Of a stretch of 64,000 nucleotides of DNA, positions 9,061 through 17,720 are shown piece after piece. The translations under genes were made by a program, and so were the position numbers. Source of the DNA: a virus (taxonomy: Duplodnaviria > Caudoviricetes); IMG/VR virus record IMGVR_UViG_2731957753_000001, positions 12,324-76,323 of that record. One strand, given 5' to 3'. The notes beneath the pieces were generated by a model that was not told the origin of the DNA, did not search any database, and was given only the letters and a program-made list of their open reading frames with translations. The first letter of the stretch is position 1. Every line of letters starts with the position of its first letter.

Positions 9061-9432
9061 CTATGTTTGCGTGTACCGGGGCGTGACCCGCAGCTTGCCC
9101 GCAGCGGACTCGAACGTGATATCGGCCGAATCAACCCAGTCGACGAGGTCGCCCTCACTGTCGAGGTAGCCGACGTGGGTTACCTCCGTGCCCATCGGCA
9201 CATCGAATTCGACTTCGTCACCGACCGCAGTCGCCACGGTGCCGTTGTCGGTCGCGCCATCCCACGATGCAGTCTTGCGGGCATACGCGGGAGACCCGCC
9301 CGTCACCTCGTTCGCGGGTGTCGGCCCGGATCCGGGGCTACCGGTGTGCAGGGACAGGGATACGACACGGGCCGCGTAGTCGTCTGCCTGAGCGATACGC
9401 GTTGCAGCGATTTTGATAGCCATGTTCACCAC
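9061..9432 (-). CDS. Minor tail protein
   Basis: 'SLHTGSPG...NEVTGGSPAYARK...FDVP' typical of a small tail-fibre-associated family. Confidence 0.7.
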   Translation of the reverse strand: MVNMAIKIAATRIAQADDYAARVVSLSLHTGSPGSGPTPANEVTGGSPAYARKTASWDGATDNGTVATAVGDEVEFDVPMGTEVTHVGYLDSEGDLVDWVDSADITFESAAGKLRVTPRYTQT

Positions 9433-9480
9433 CGAGTGATAAAGAAAGTGAGAAAGAACCGAGAAAGAAAGCGATAAAGA

Positions 9481-9792
9481 TCAGCCCTGGCGGGCGACTG
9501 GGCCCGCGTACCAGCAGTAGTCCGAGCCGTCCGAATAGTGGACGTACACACGGAATCTGGCTGGAATGTTGATCGTGTCCGCGACCGCTTTATCTACTTC
9601 CCAGCGGGCAATGTCCTCGTCGACCGTCGCGTCCCACGTCGCAACCACACTGCCGGCCTGGTCGTAAATGATCAGTTCGACAGTGGTAGTTGGCGGGAAC
9701 TCGACCCCCAAGGGCGGGCCGATTTCGTGAATGAAGTCTTGCCCATAAACCAGGACGATCGTCTCCGGGATGGGGTCATTACCAAGGGACAT
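9481..9792 (-). CDS. Conserved small virion-region protein
   Basis: 'SLGNDPI...L..GQDF' actinophage tail-region family; position. Confidence 0.65.
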   Translation of the reverse strand: MSLGNDPIPETIVLVYGQDFIHEIGPPLGVEFPPTTTVELIIYDQAGSVVATWDATVDEDIARWEVDKAVADTINIPARFRVYVHYSDGSDYCWYAGPVARQG

Positions 9793-9822
9793 ATTCGCCT
9801 CGCCTTGCAGAATTAGAGAGAA

Positions 9823-11082
9823 TCAGCCGAGACCCGAGAAGATCCTGACATCGTTCCAAGAATGGGAATTGCCGGAGCTACCGCGACCGACCCGAAGCCC
9901 TGCATAATTGTTCGCCGCAGGAACCACACCATGCATCCAGCCAACACATAGCTGCGGGACATCATTGATTTCGATCCAGCCGATACCGTTATATATCGAG
10001 AACGCCACCCGGTCACCGGACTTCACAGTCAAACCGAAGCTCTCCGGGAGATCCTGCATCATCGTGAACGAAGCTGTCGCGATGTTCCCCGACCAGTTAG
10101 ACACCCACAATTTGTTGCCGAAAATATTCGCGGCAAGCCCCTGGTCTGCGGCCGTGTTCGTGGCAAGAATCAACGCGCTCGCGGCACCATTGTTCGGTCC
10201 GATATTCCCGCCAACAGTCGCCTCGATACGCTGACGCCCCGACAGGTTACCGGTATCCCGCAGCAGCCCCTGCCAGTTCCCTTCCGTCGTAGCAGTGGTG
10301 GACCAGGAATCCGCAACTACGGCAGCATCCGCCCCGTACTGGACCCAGCCATTCACGCCATTCTGGTTACCGCTCCGACCATTGAAATCGTCGTAGAAAT
10401 CCTGCTGCCACACAGTCTTCGGCGGAATCGACGGCGGACGATCATAGTGGTACAACTTCCGGATCCACGTATCACACAAGGCCGCATTAACAAAACGAAG
10501 GCAACGCCGACCCGGCCCCAACCGGAACGCTGGACGGATCATCTGCGAACCCACATAGGTACCATTCATCCAAATACGGATCCACTTATCGTCCTCGCAC
10601 CAAATCTGCACAGTATGCCATTGCCCGAAGAACGAAGCCGGAGCACTCCAGTAGCTAAGATTGTCGTCCGCCGACATCATGCTATAGAAATGCACAAGCT
10701 GAAATACGTGACCGCTATACACCAATGGTGCATTCATCAACCGGACACCGACACAATTCTGGAATGCCCCACCGATCGTGGTCCAAGAGTCGGTAAAATA
10801 TATAGCGAAACTCTGAACCACCAAGCCTTCAACGGGGAAGTACACCTCCAGCTCGACACCCCAGTTCGGGGTAAACGGTTGATACGCATACGACTCGCCG
10901 CCGCCAGTGACAGTCGCCACATTCGACGGGATATGCAGCGTGTCATCCTCCGTGATGTCCGCTGTCGTACCGTCCCCGAGATGCCTCCAAGGAAGCTGAA
11001 TCGAGCCCGTCGTATACGACGTGAAATCATCAAACCAGCCCGCCCACGCAAGGGGCAGGTTCCGGCGCATCAGAAAACTCAT
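9823..11082 (-). CDS. Minor tail protein with two lectin-like (DDF-initiated) domains; candidate receptor-binding protein
   Basis: 'WFDDFTSY' and 'FYDDFNGR' domain starts; Trp-rich beta-sandwich character. Confidence 0.7.
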   Translation of the reverse strand: MSFLMRRNLPLAWAGWFDDFTSYTTGSIQLPWRHLGDGTTADITEDDTLHIPSNVATVTGGGESYAYQPFTPNWGVELEVYFPVEGLVVQSFAIYFTDSWTTIGGAFQNCVGVRLMNAPLVYSGHVFQLVHFYSMMSADDNLSYWSAPASFFGQWHTVQIWCEDDKWIRIWMNGTYVGSQMIRPAFRLGPGRRCLRFVNAALCDTWIRKLYHYDRPPSIPPKTVWQQDFYDDFNGRSGNQNGVNGWVQYGADAAVVADSWSTTATTEGNWQGLLRDTGNLSGRQRIEATVGGNIGPNNGAASALILATNTAADQGLAANIFGNKLWVSNWSGNIATASFTMMQDLPESFGLTVKSGDRVAFSIYNGIGWIEINDVPQLCVGWMHGVVPAANNYAGLRVGRGSSGNSHSWNDVRIFSGLG

Positions 11083-11411
11083 TCGACCTCGATCACGCCA
11101 GAAATCCGAGCATCCGGATAGTTCACAAGGTCCCGTCGAATAGACAGCAGTCGAGTCCTATAGCCGCGGACCCCCAGCTTCTCCTCCGAAGTGATCACCC
11201 TCCGGATATCGTCGCTACGTTCCGCCAGGCGGGCCACGGCCGCGTCGATGACAGGGATCGCATCCACCGACGCGGTCATATCAAAAAGGCCACTGAGGTC
11301 GTCCACGTCGAAAATCAGTTTCCAAGCCGCCTCTTGATAGTCATAGACAACCACGTTCTCAACCGAGGAACCGGACAGAAGTGTTTCAATCAGCTTCAAC
11401 GAATGCCCCAA
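11079..11411 (-). CDS. Hypothetical tail-region protein
   Basis: ORF overlaps both neighbours. Confidence 0.6.
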   Translation of the reverse strand: MGHSLKLIETLLSGSSVENVVVYDYQEAAWKLIFDVDDLSGLFDMTASVDAIPVIDAAVARLAERSDDIRRVITSEEKLGVRGYRTRLLSIRRDLVNYPDARISGVIEVE

Positions 11412-12027
11412 AAACTAGTATCTGCAACACCTGCGGCGCCACAGTCCCCGTAACGCTCGTCACATTGATGAAAAGGCGCTCACGATGGATGACGTTGTAA
11501 TTGATTGCCCAGCTCTGTCGGTTTGTTCCCGCGTCCATCGAATATGTGCCGAGCACCGAAGACACGGTGCCGTCCGGATCCCACTTCTTCAACTCGAACG
11601 TCAACCCGTTCGGCTGCGACAGAAATGCGATGTGCATATCCGTGATGACGCGTTCGAGCCCGCCCGGAACGTTCTGACACGGGCCGATCAACAACTCATT
11701 CACACCCAGAACCACGGCAGCAGACGCCACCACAAACTCTGTCTCCCAATAAGAGACAGCTTCGAGTGCTGCTGCCGCTGTAGCTTCAGCCGAAACGGCA
11801 GCATTGAGAGCAGCCTGAGAATCAGTTACAGCCTGATCCGCCGCGCCCTCAATAATTACAATCGGATCCCGGAACTGCGCACCCATATTCGAATGCGCAG
11901 TCCCATAAGACACGCGCGCACCCTGCGTCAACGACGCCTGAGTATCCTCAGCCGTCATATCCTGCAACGCCGCAAAAGTACCCGGAACCTGCGAACCCTC
12001 AGGAATAGGAGCATTAGGGGCAGTCAC
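11386..12027 (-). CDS. Minor tail protein
   Basis: 'MTAPNAPIPEG' start, Ala-rich coiled segment; position. Confidence 0.65.
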   Translation of the reverse strand: MTAPNAPIPEGSQVPGTFAALQDMTAEDTQASLTQGARVSYGTAHSNMGAQFRDPIVIIEGAADQAVTDSQAALNAAVSAEATAAAALEAVSYWETEFVVASAAVVLGVNELLIGPCQNVPGGLERVITDMHIAFLSQPNGLTFELKKWDPDGTVSSVLGTYSMDAGTNRQSWAINYNVIHRERLFINVTSVTGTVAPQVLQILVFGAFVEAD

Positions 12028-12049
12028 AGAAGATCACCCCCAACCCTCA

Positions 12050-12373
12050 TCAAATCTCGTTCAAAATCTCATCCGGAATAGGCGGCGGAGGAGGAGCAGG
12101 AACATGCGTACGAATAAACGCCAACAAATCCTTCACATAATCAACCAGCACGTCGATACGACGCACATCCTGAATATGCTGCAACGTATCCGCACGATGC
12201 TGAAGCTCAAGCTCATGCACCCGACCGCGAATGTCCCTCAACTCATCCCGCGTCGGAGCCAACACAGCCTCAAAATCCGCGCGCTGCGACTCCAGCGAAC
12301 GCGACCGCGGGGCAACAAACCCCACGACCACGCCCACAACCCCCGCAGCCGCCGGAATGACGACCTCCCACAT
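12050..12373 (-). CDS. Lysis-cassette membrane protein (N-terminal TM, coiled coil, poly-Pro tail)
   Basis: 'PAPPPPPIPDEI' ending; immediately downstream of the holin. Confidence 0.7.
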   Translation of the reverse strand: MWEVVIPAAAGVVGVVVGFVAPRSRSLESQRADFEAVLAPTRDELRDIRGRVHELELQHRADTLQHIQDVRRIDVLVDYVKDLLAFIRTHVPAPPPPPIPDEILNEI

Positions 12374-12379
12374 AGCGGG

Positions 12380-12718
12380 TCAGATCACAGGAGTCTTGTA
12401 CGCGGCCACACCAAGGCCCAGCGCAGCCGACACGACAGCAGCCACAGCCGACGCCTGAGCATCACTGAACACGCTGTACGCGACCAGGAGCGGCTGAGCA
12501 GCACCAAGAACGCCATACAGCCACGTACGCCAAGTACTCATCGAATTCGCGCCGGCCACACCGAAACCGACCAGAGCAGCAACAGCGCCACCCCACAGAG
12601 CAGCATCAGAATCATTGAGCAGACCAAGAGTTACCAGGAGAACCTGAACCGAACCCAGCGTGGCATAAATACGGCCACGAGCCTCAGCAGTCAGGTCACG
12701 GATAGCGTCAAAAGACAT
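12380..12718 (-). CDS. Holin
   Basis: ATG at 12718; several TM segments; 'RGRIYATL' repeat unit; follows the endolysin. Confidence 0.8.
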   Translation of the reverse strand: MSFDAIRDLTAEARGRIYATLGSVQVLLVTLGLLNDSDAALWGGAVAALVGFGVAGANSMSTWRTWLYGVLGAAQPLLVAYSVFSDAQASAVAAVVSAALGLGVAAYKTPVI

Positions 12719-12761
12719 GGAGGTACCCACTTCGAAAATAGAGGAATGGAATAGAAAGAGG

Positions 12762-13574
12762 TCAGGCGGCCTTGTCCGGGAATCCCGGGATGTTGATGAC
12801 CGGGCAGTCCTTCGCCTCAAGGGCGTCCAGCCGCTTCAGAACCTCGGCCACGGCGTCAACCAGGGTCGCGCCATTCAACTGCGGCCACCCCTTATACCCG
12901 CCCGCGTCACGCTGACCGAGACCGCACAACTGCTCCCGGATATCCTTCACATCAGAACCGATCGGGCCGACAAAGCCCTTAACAAAATCCTGGATCTGCT
13001 TAACTTCAGCAGCACTCATAGGGGCATCTCCCTTACGATCAATGATTGTCTGAACATCCCGGCGGAAGGCATTCATGTCGATGCCCCACGGGTCTATTTT
13101 TCCTTCGGACGAGTACTCGCGATGTGCGACACAATCACCCGAACCACGGCCAATGCGGCGCAGGATCGCAGCGCAACCGCGCTTATAGGCGTCCAACTGC
13201 ACCGCCGGCCATGGCTGCGAACCGGTGCCGCTATTCACGGCCTCGATGCCGATAACGCTGTAGTTCGCGTTGTTCGTCGGCCAGCCATTCCAGCTACCTC
13301 GACCCGCATGCCAGCAGACCCCAGCAGCAATCACGCGGTACGTACCGTCGCGTTCCAGGACTAGCTGGGCGAGAGGGCCAGGCAAGTCGGAGCGGCCGTT
13401 CTGCACGATGCGCCAGTCGTTCTCGCCGCCCCCTGCCGTGTGATGACAAAGGACGCCAATCACATTTCCGAAATCTCCATGACCGCGAAATTTCCAGCCG
13501 TCATGCTCAATTACTTTCAGACCCTCGGCGCGGAGAACATCCGCAAGCCACAGGGGATCCCCGGACCAAGCCAT
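12762..13574 (-). CDS. lysA: Endolysin LysA (N-acetylmuramoyl-L-alanine amidase)
   Basis: 'VLCHHTAG', 'WHAGRG', 'IGIEAVN', 'HREYSSEGKIDP' amidase_2 motifs. Confidence 0.92.
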   Translation of the reverse strand: MAWSGDPLWLADVLRAEGLKVIEHDGWKFRGHGDFGNVIGVLCHHTAGGGENDWRIVQNGRSDLPGPLAQLVLERDGTYRVIAAGVCWHAGRGSWNGWPTNNANYSVIGIEAVNSGTGSQPWPAVQLDAYKRGCAAILRRIGRGSGDCVAHREYSSEGKIDPWGIDMNAFRRDVQTIIDRKGDAPMSAAEVKQIQDFVKGFVGPIGSDVKDIREQLCGLGQRDAGGYKGWPQLNGATLVDAVAEVLKRLDALEAKDCPVINIPGFPDKAA

Positions 13575-13623
13575 TTTCACCGACTTTCGGCTTCCGCCAA
13601 TATGTTAGAATTGGAAGCTCAAT

Positions 13624-13690
13624 AGAAAGACCCCCGCGTCTGCGCCAACAGACCGGGGGCATGGCCGAACTTTGGAGGAGTTCGACGATG
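13624..13690 (+). promoter_or_regulatory. Two-hairpin leader of HNH gene (RBS-sequestering)
   Basis: CCCCCG-GTCTG-cgccaa-CAGAC-CGGGGG hairpin, then CGAACT-ttggagg-AGTTCG; homologous to 35618-35682. Confidence 0.7.
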
Positions 13691-14296
13691 ACTGATGTTA
13701 CATGCTCTGTTCCCGCATGCATACGACCGCGGGGTACCCGAGGATACTGCTCAGGCCACTACGACCGGTGGAAGAAATACGGGCACCCCGACGCCGCCCG
13801 ACCACTGAACACCAAAGTCCCCCGCGGGGCATCGCTTCGAGAGCGCCTGATGTGGCGCGTAGACCCCGATCTCAGCCCTGACGAATGCTGGATCTGGCGC
13901 GGAGCGCGAGGCGGCACCAAAAAGCGTACAGGCATCGGATACGGGAAATTCACCGTCAACGGTCGCCAATACGACGCGCACCGCGTGTCATGGGAGATCC
14001 ACAACGGCCAGCCCGTGCCACCCGGAATGCAGGTCCTGCACTCGTGCGATAATCCGCTGTGCGTCAACCCCAAGCACCTGAGCATCGGCAGCAACCGGGA
14101 CAACGTCGACGACATGGTCTCCAAGATGCGGCAGACCTACGGCGAGCGAAACCCGCAATCGGTACTCACCGATGAGGCCGTCCGCGACATACGATCAAGC
14201 TCGGCGAGCGACGCCGCACTTGCAGTGAAGTACGGTGTCGGCAAGTCATGCATCGCCGATGCACGTTACGGGCGAACCTGGCGGCACATCGCGTAG
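13688..14296 (+). CDS. Free-standing HNH homing endonuclease, antisense to the late operon
   Basis: 'AHRVSWEIHNG...VLHSCDNPLCVNPKHL...DNVDDM'; GGAGG RBS. Confidence 0.9.
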   Translation: MTDVTCSVPACIRPRGTRGYCSGHYDRWKKYGHPDAARPLNTKVPRGASLRERLMWRVDPDLSPDECWIWRGARGGTKKRTGIGYGKFTVNGRQYDAHRVSWEIHNGQPVPPGMQVLHSCDNPLCVNPKHLSIGSNRDNVDDMVSKMRQTYGERNPQSVLTDEAVRDIRSSSASDAALAVKYGVGKSCIADARYGRTWRHIA

Positions 14297-14317
14297 CAAT
14301 CGATCCCCGGAGTGGGG

Positions 14318-15016
14318 CTACACACCCACTTCGGGGAATCGATCCAAAATTGTCTTCCGGGGCCGCTTCGACAGGTGACGCTCAACCATCAGGACCCGTT
14401 CCCGCTCGGCGTCGTCGACGGCCGCCAGGTACTCCAGAACCTCGTCAACTGTGTGTAAAGCTGGATTCCAGCCCGGATCTTTGACGGGATAATTGGTCAC
14501 GTACGCACCGTCACGTGACACTGGCCCGGTCTTGAGCTGTTTGCCCTCCCCCGTCACCCCAGCAACGATCTGCCCGTCCTCCGGCAACGGCGCGTTCGTG
14601 TCGAACCCGAGCGCTTCCGCCAACTGCCGCTTCGTATCCTGCGGCAGCGACGCCACGAACTCTTTGATATCGAACTTCGAGCGGTCGGGAGCATCCGCCG
14701 GCACCCACACGCCCGGACTGGTGAGCCAGTGCGGGTCAGTGTTCTTCGGCTGCTGGTACTTGATCTTCCGTTCCGGCGGGATCACCGAGTCCATCGGCCG
14801 CACGCCACAATCCCACTGCCGACGCGAGACCTCTTTCAGGTACTCGATCGGAAACGGAAGCGGGGCCCCCTTCATGCCGGGCAACCCGGCGAAGGTATGG
14901 AGCAGAGCCTCCTCTGGACAATTTGGGTTGGTGTTCTCCAAGGTGGGAAACTCGCCCGGTTTCAACCAGGGCGAGGTATCCACTTCGACGGGACGCGAAG
15001 ACTTCTTCGACATCAA
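14318..15016 (-). CDS. Minor tail-region protein
   Basis: 'FPTLENTNPNCPEEALL...LPG' actinophage family; follows the tail hub gene. Confidence 0.65.
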   Translation of the reverse strand: MMSKKSSRPVEVDTSPWLKPGEFPTLENTNPNCPEEALLHTFAGLPGMKGAPLPFPIEYLKEVSRRQWDCGVRPMDSVIPPERKIKYQQPKNTDPHWLTSPGVWVPADAPDRSKFDIKEFVASLPQDTKRQLAEALGFDTNAPLPEDGQIVAGVTGEGKQLKTGPVSRDGAYVTNYPVKDPGWNPALHTVDEVLEYLAAVDDAERERVLMVERHLSKRPRKTILDRFPEVGV

Positions 15017-15026
15017 AACTCCTGGA

Positions 15027-16748
15027 CTATTTGCCCTGCACAGCCAACTGCTGCACGAGCGATCCGAGGTCAGCGATCATCGCCAACGCACGCTGCCCGC
15101 GGTCTTTGTTCTTTTCCTTCTCGCCGATGACGGGCAGCCACTCAGGCGGAGACTCCCGATCCCAAGCAAGCGTGAGTTCACGGACGCGGTCGACATAGAT
15201 GGTGTGGTCATCGACGTACAGCACCGTCGGGCCGTTCCCGACGACTGTGGAGCCGATCACCTGGGCGCCGATACGGTCACCGATGAAGAAATGCCCGCGC
15301 CCCTGATCACCGACGAACCACGGCGCCCCATCCCGGATGTTGATTTCGTGGCTGAACCACGATCTCGTGTCGTGCAGGGCTTTCCGCATCGACAGCAGCA
15401 TTTCCAGCGTGTACGCCCGGTCGGAGCCGGACGCTAGCACTTCGAATGGGCTCGCCCACCCACCATTTGTTGCGCGGCCGGCGGATTCCAAGTTGGCCCA
15501 GGCGGCGATGGTGTCCCAGTAGAAGATTTGGGCGACGGCGTCCACCGCGCCACCAATGGGCGGTACCACGATTGCCGCTGCGAGCAAATCGCCCGCAGTC
15601 TGGATGGCAGCCGAGATAAGCTCATTCACGAATGGGAAACTGTGTCCACCGGCCACAATTTGTTTCGCGGTGCTCGGCGTGAACGTGAACTTGGACGATT
15701 CGATACCCGTCTCTTCGCCCTCAAGATAGATGACGTACGGGCACGTCTTGTCCGTCAACCGCAGGCCAGGAACGTTGTACGACGCCGGGGTTTCCGGCGA
15801 CACAACGTCTTCCTCGATCACATCAAGGAAGTCCTCAGCCCACTGCGCGAACGTGCGTTCCAGCCCAGTGAACGGGTTACCGCCGTTCGACGTGTCCGTG
15901 AAGTACCCGGACTTGTCGACGATGTCCACGACCAGCGCGCCGTTACGCAGGGTTTGGCCTTCGATCGGCTGCTCGTCATCATCGGCGATGTAGCGGCGGA
16001 CCTGGATAGACAGTTGCGCGTCTTCCAGGATGTCCTTCGCCATATCGACCCAGCGTTTAAACCGGGAGTTCGGGACAGACCAGATCGTGCCCGCAGCCAT
16101 GTCCTCAGCGAATGTCGTCGGTTTTACAACAACGGACCAGTTGCCCATTCCGGGCGCCGACGAATTCTGGTCCATCGGGTCATCCGGCAAACCCCACAAG
16201 CTAATTTGCTCACGCATAACGTTCAGAAAAAGGGCCGTTTTCAATGCCCAAATCGACGGACCCGCGATGAAGAATACGCGCGGGAATTGTACGAAGGCGG
16301 GCAAGAACGGCGAGGCCCATGCCAGGTAGTAGTCCAGGACGCCCAGATCGTGGAGAAAGCGGACCACCAATACCCAGGTGCCGTCTTCTCTTTTTTCAAG
16401 AACCTGATCGTGAAGTCTTCCAGACCACCGGGCGCCGTCTTTGTCTACAGTGATGTAGACGTGCAGTTTCTCGCCGCGCTGTATGCGTGGCGCTACCTGG
16501 TATATCCACTTTGCCAACGGGTCATCGAGCGGAATTTCCACCTGGCCGGGGCCGACCTCGTTATCGAGCCATGTGAAGCTGGCAGAGTATTCCGAGTTCA
16601 GGATCCCCTGTAAACGAAAATCGCCATCCCAGAGCCTCATCAAAGGCGGTTCGAGGCGTGCCCTGCGGTCTGCTTCCTCCGCCGCGTTAGTGGCTTCCCA
16701 GATTGCTTCGCATTGCTCCTGCAAACTGAGGGTTGAGAGGTCCGTCAT
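15027..16748 (-). CDS. Minor tail protein (baseplate hub, Gp37-like)
   Basis: 'RLWDGDF...ITVDKDGARWSGRL' family; second gene after the TMP. Confidence 0.85.
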   Translation of the reverse strand: MTDLSTLSLQEQCEAIWEATNAAEEADRRARLEPPLMRLWDGDFRLQGILNSEYSASFTWLDNEVGPGQVEIPLDDPLAKWIYQVAPRIQRGEKLHVYITVDKDGARWSGRLHDQVLEKREDGTWVLVVRFLHDLGVLDYYLAWASPFLPAFVQFPRVFFIAGPSIWALKTALFLNVMREQISLWGLPDDPMDQNSSAPGMGNWSVVVKPTTFAEDMAAGTIWSVPNSRFKRWVDMAKDILEDAQLSIQVRRYIADDDEQPIEGQTLRNGALVVDIVDKSGYFTDTSNGGNPFTGLERTFAQWAEDFLDVIEEDVVSPETPASYNVPGLRLTDKTCPYVIYLEGEETGIESSKFTFTPSTAKQIVAGGHSFPFVNELISAAIQTAGDLLAAAIVVPPIGGAVDAVAQIFYWDTIAAWANLESAGRATNGGWASPFEVLASGSDRAYTLEMLLSMRKALHDTRSWFSHEINIRDGAPWFVGDQGRGHFFIGDRIGAQVIGSTVVGNGPTVLYVDDHTIYVDRVRELTLAWDRESPPEWLPVIGEKEKNKDRGQRALAMIADLGSLVQQLAVQGK

Positions 16749-16778
16749 TCGAAATCAACTCCAAACGAGCGGAACCGC

Positions 16779-17705
16779 TCAACCATTCAGCCACGGATGA
16801 GACCATCGACGCTGGCAATAAACTTCAACCCGGCCACCACCCGCCGGCGCGGCCTCGACTTTCACGGGCAAGTTGGTTTCGGGGGTCTTCGGGGGCACGC
16901 GATGAAGGAACGCTATTCCATTCATCCGGCCAGCAAGGTTCGTGCCGAATAAGTCGCGTACCTGCAACTTGTCTCGGTACAGGGTGACCCGCGCCCCACC
17001 CTCAACATCACCGAGACCAGGCAGAGTGATCTTCCGGTTGGCGTGTTCTCCGCCTGGTATTCGCTGGTGTTTCTTCCCGACCCACGAATAGTCCGGGAGT
17101 GTCCAAACGCCGCGAGTAACGACCCATTGCAGCCACATTGGTTGGTCGCACGGGTTAGATATGGTCACCCAGCCTTCCGAGGTCCCAGCCGACGAGGTTT
17201 CGAAATAGTCGACCGGGGTGTTCTCGTAGGCGTCTTCGAAATAGAGTGGCTGGTCGGCGACGACCGCCATTTTTTCGAGCGATGACCGGGTTAGATGCGG
17301 CGCATGCTCGTATTCGGACGGCACCGTGTCACTCAGCGCCAACCACAGAGAACGTGTCCCTGCGGTCGGCGTGGTGATCGACAGTTTCGTGAGTGTCGAG
17401 TCCAAATCCCACGGGTCGTTTTCGTAATCCCACATGGAATGCCACTCGTTGTGGAGTGACTGCCATTCCTCGGGGGTTTCGCCCTTAAGGTGGACACCGA
17501 ACGTGATGTCACGTTGGTCGTATGATTTCCCTTGGTACGTCGAACCCTTCTGGAACGCCGATGAACGTCGGCGCGTGACTACGGGCGCCTCGAATAGGCC
17601 GCGTGGATCTGTTGCCAGATACAGCTTTTTCGAGGCTCCTGAGCCGCTGATGACCATGTGTTTGCCATCTTTGAAGATTTCGACGCGGGGACCTTCCCGC
17701 ATCAA
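16779..17705 (-). CDS. Distal tail protein (Dit-like)
   Basis: Directly follows the TMP; 'GSTYQG' and 'NPCDQPMWLQW' motifs. Confidence 0.8.
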   Translation of the reverse strand: MMREGPRVEIFKDGKHMVISGSGASKKLYLATDPRGLFEAPVVTRRRSSAFQKGSTYQGKSYDQRDITFGVHLKGETPEEWQSLHNEWHSMWDYENDPWDLDSTLTKLSITTPTAGTRSLWLALSDTVPSEYEHAPHLTRSSLEKMAVVADQPLYFEDAYENTPVDYFETSSAGTSEGWVTISNPCDQPMWLQWVVTRGVWTLPDYSWVGKKHQRIPGGEHANRKITLPGLGDVEGGARVTLYRDKLQVRDLFGTNLAGRMNGIAFLHRVPPKTPETNLPVKVEAAPAGGGRVEVYCQRRWSHPWLNG

Positions 17706-17720
17706 CAGAGTTCTCCCCTT

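Noticed and set aside
8104-16748. Diversity-generating retroelement acting on tail genes
   Set aside because: No reverse transcriptase motif and no TR/VR pair differing at adenines was seen
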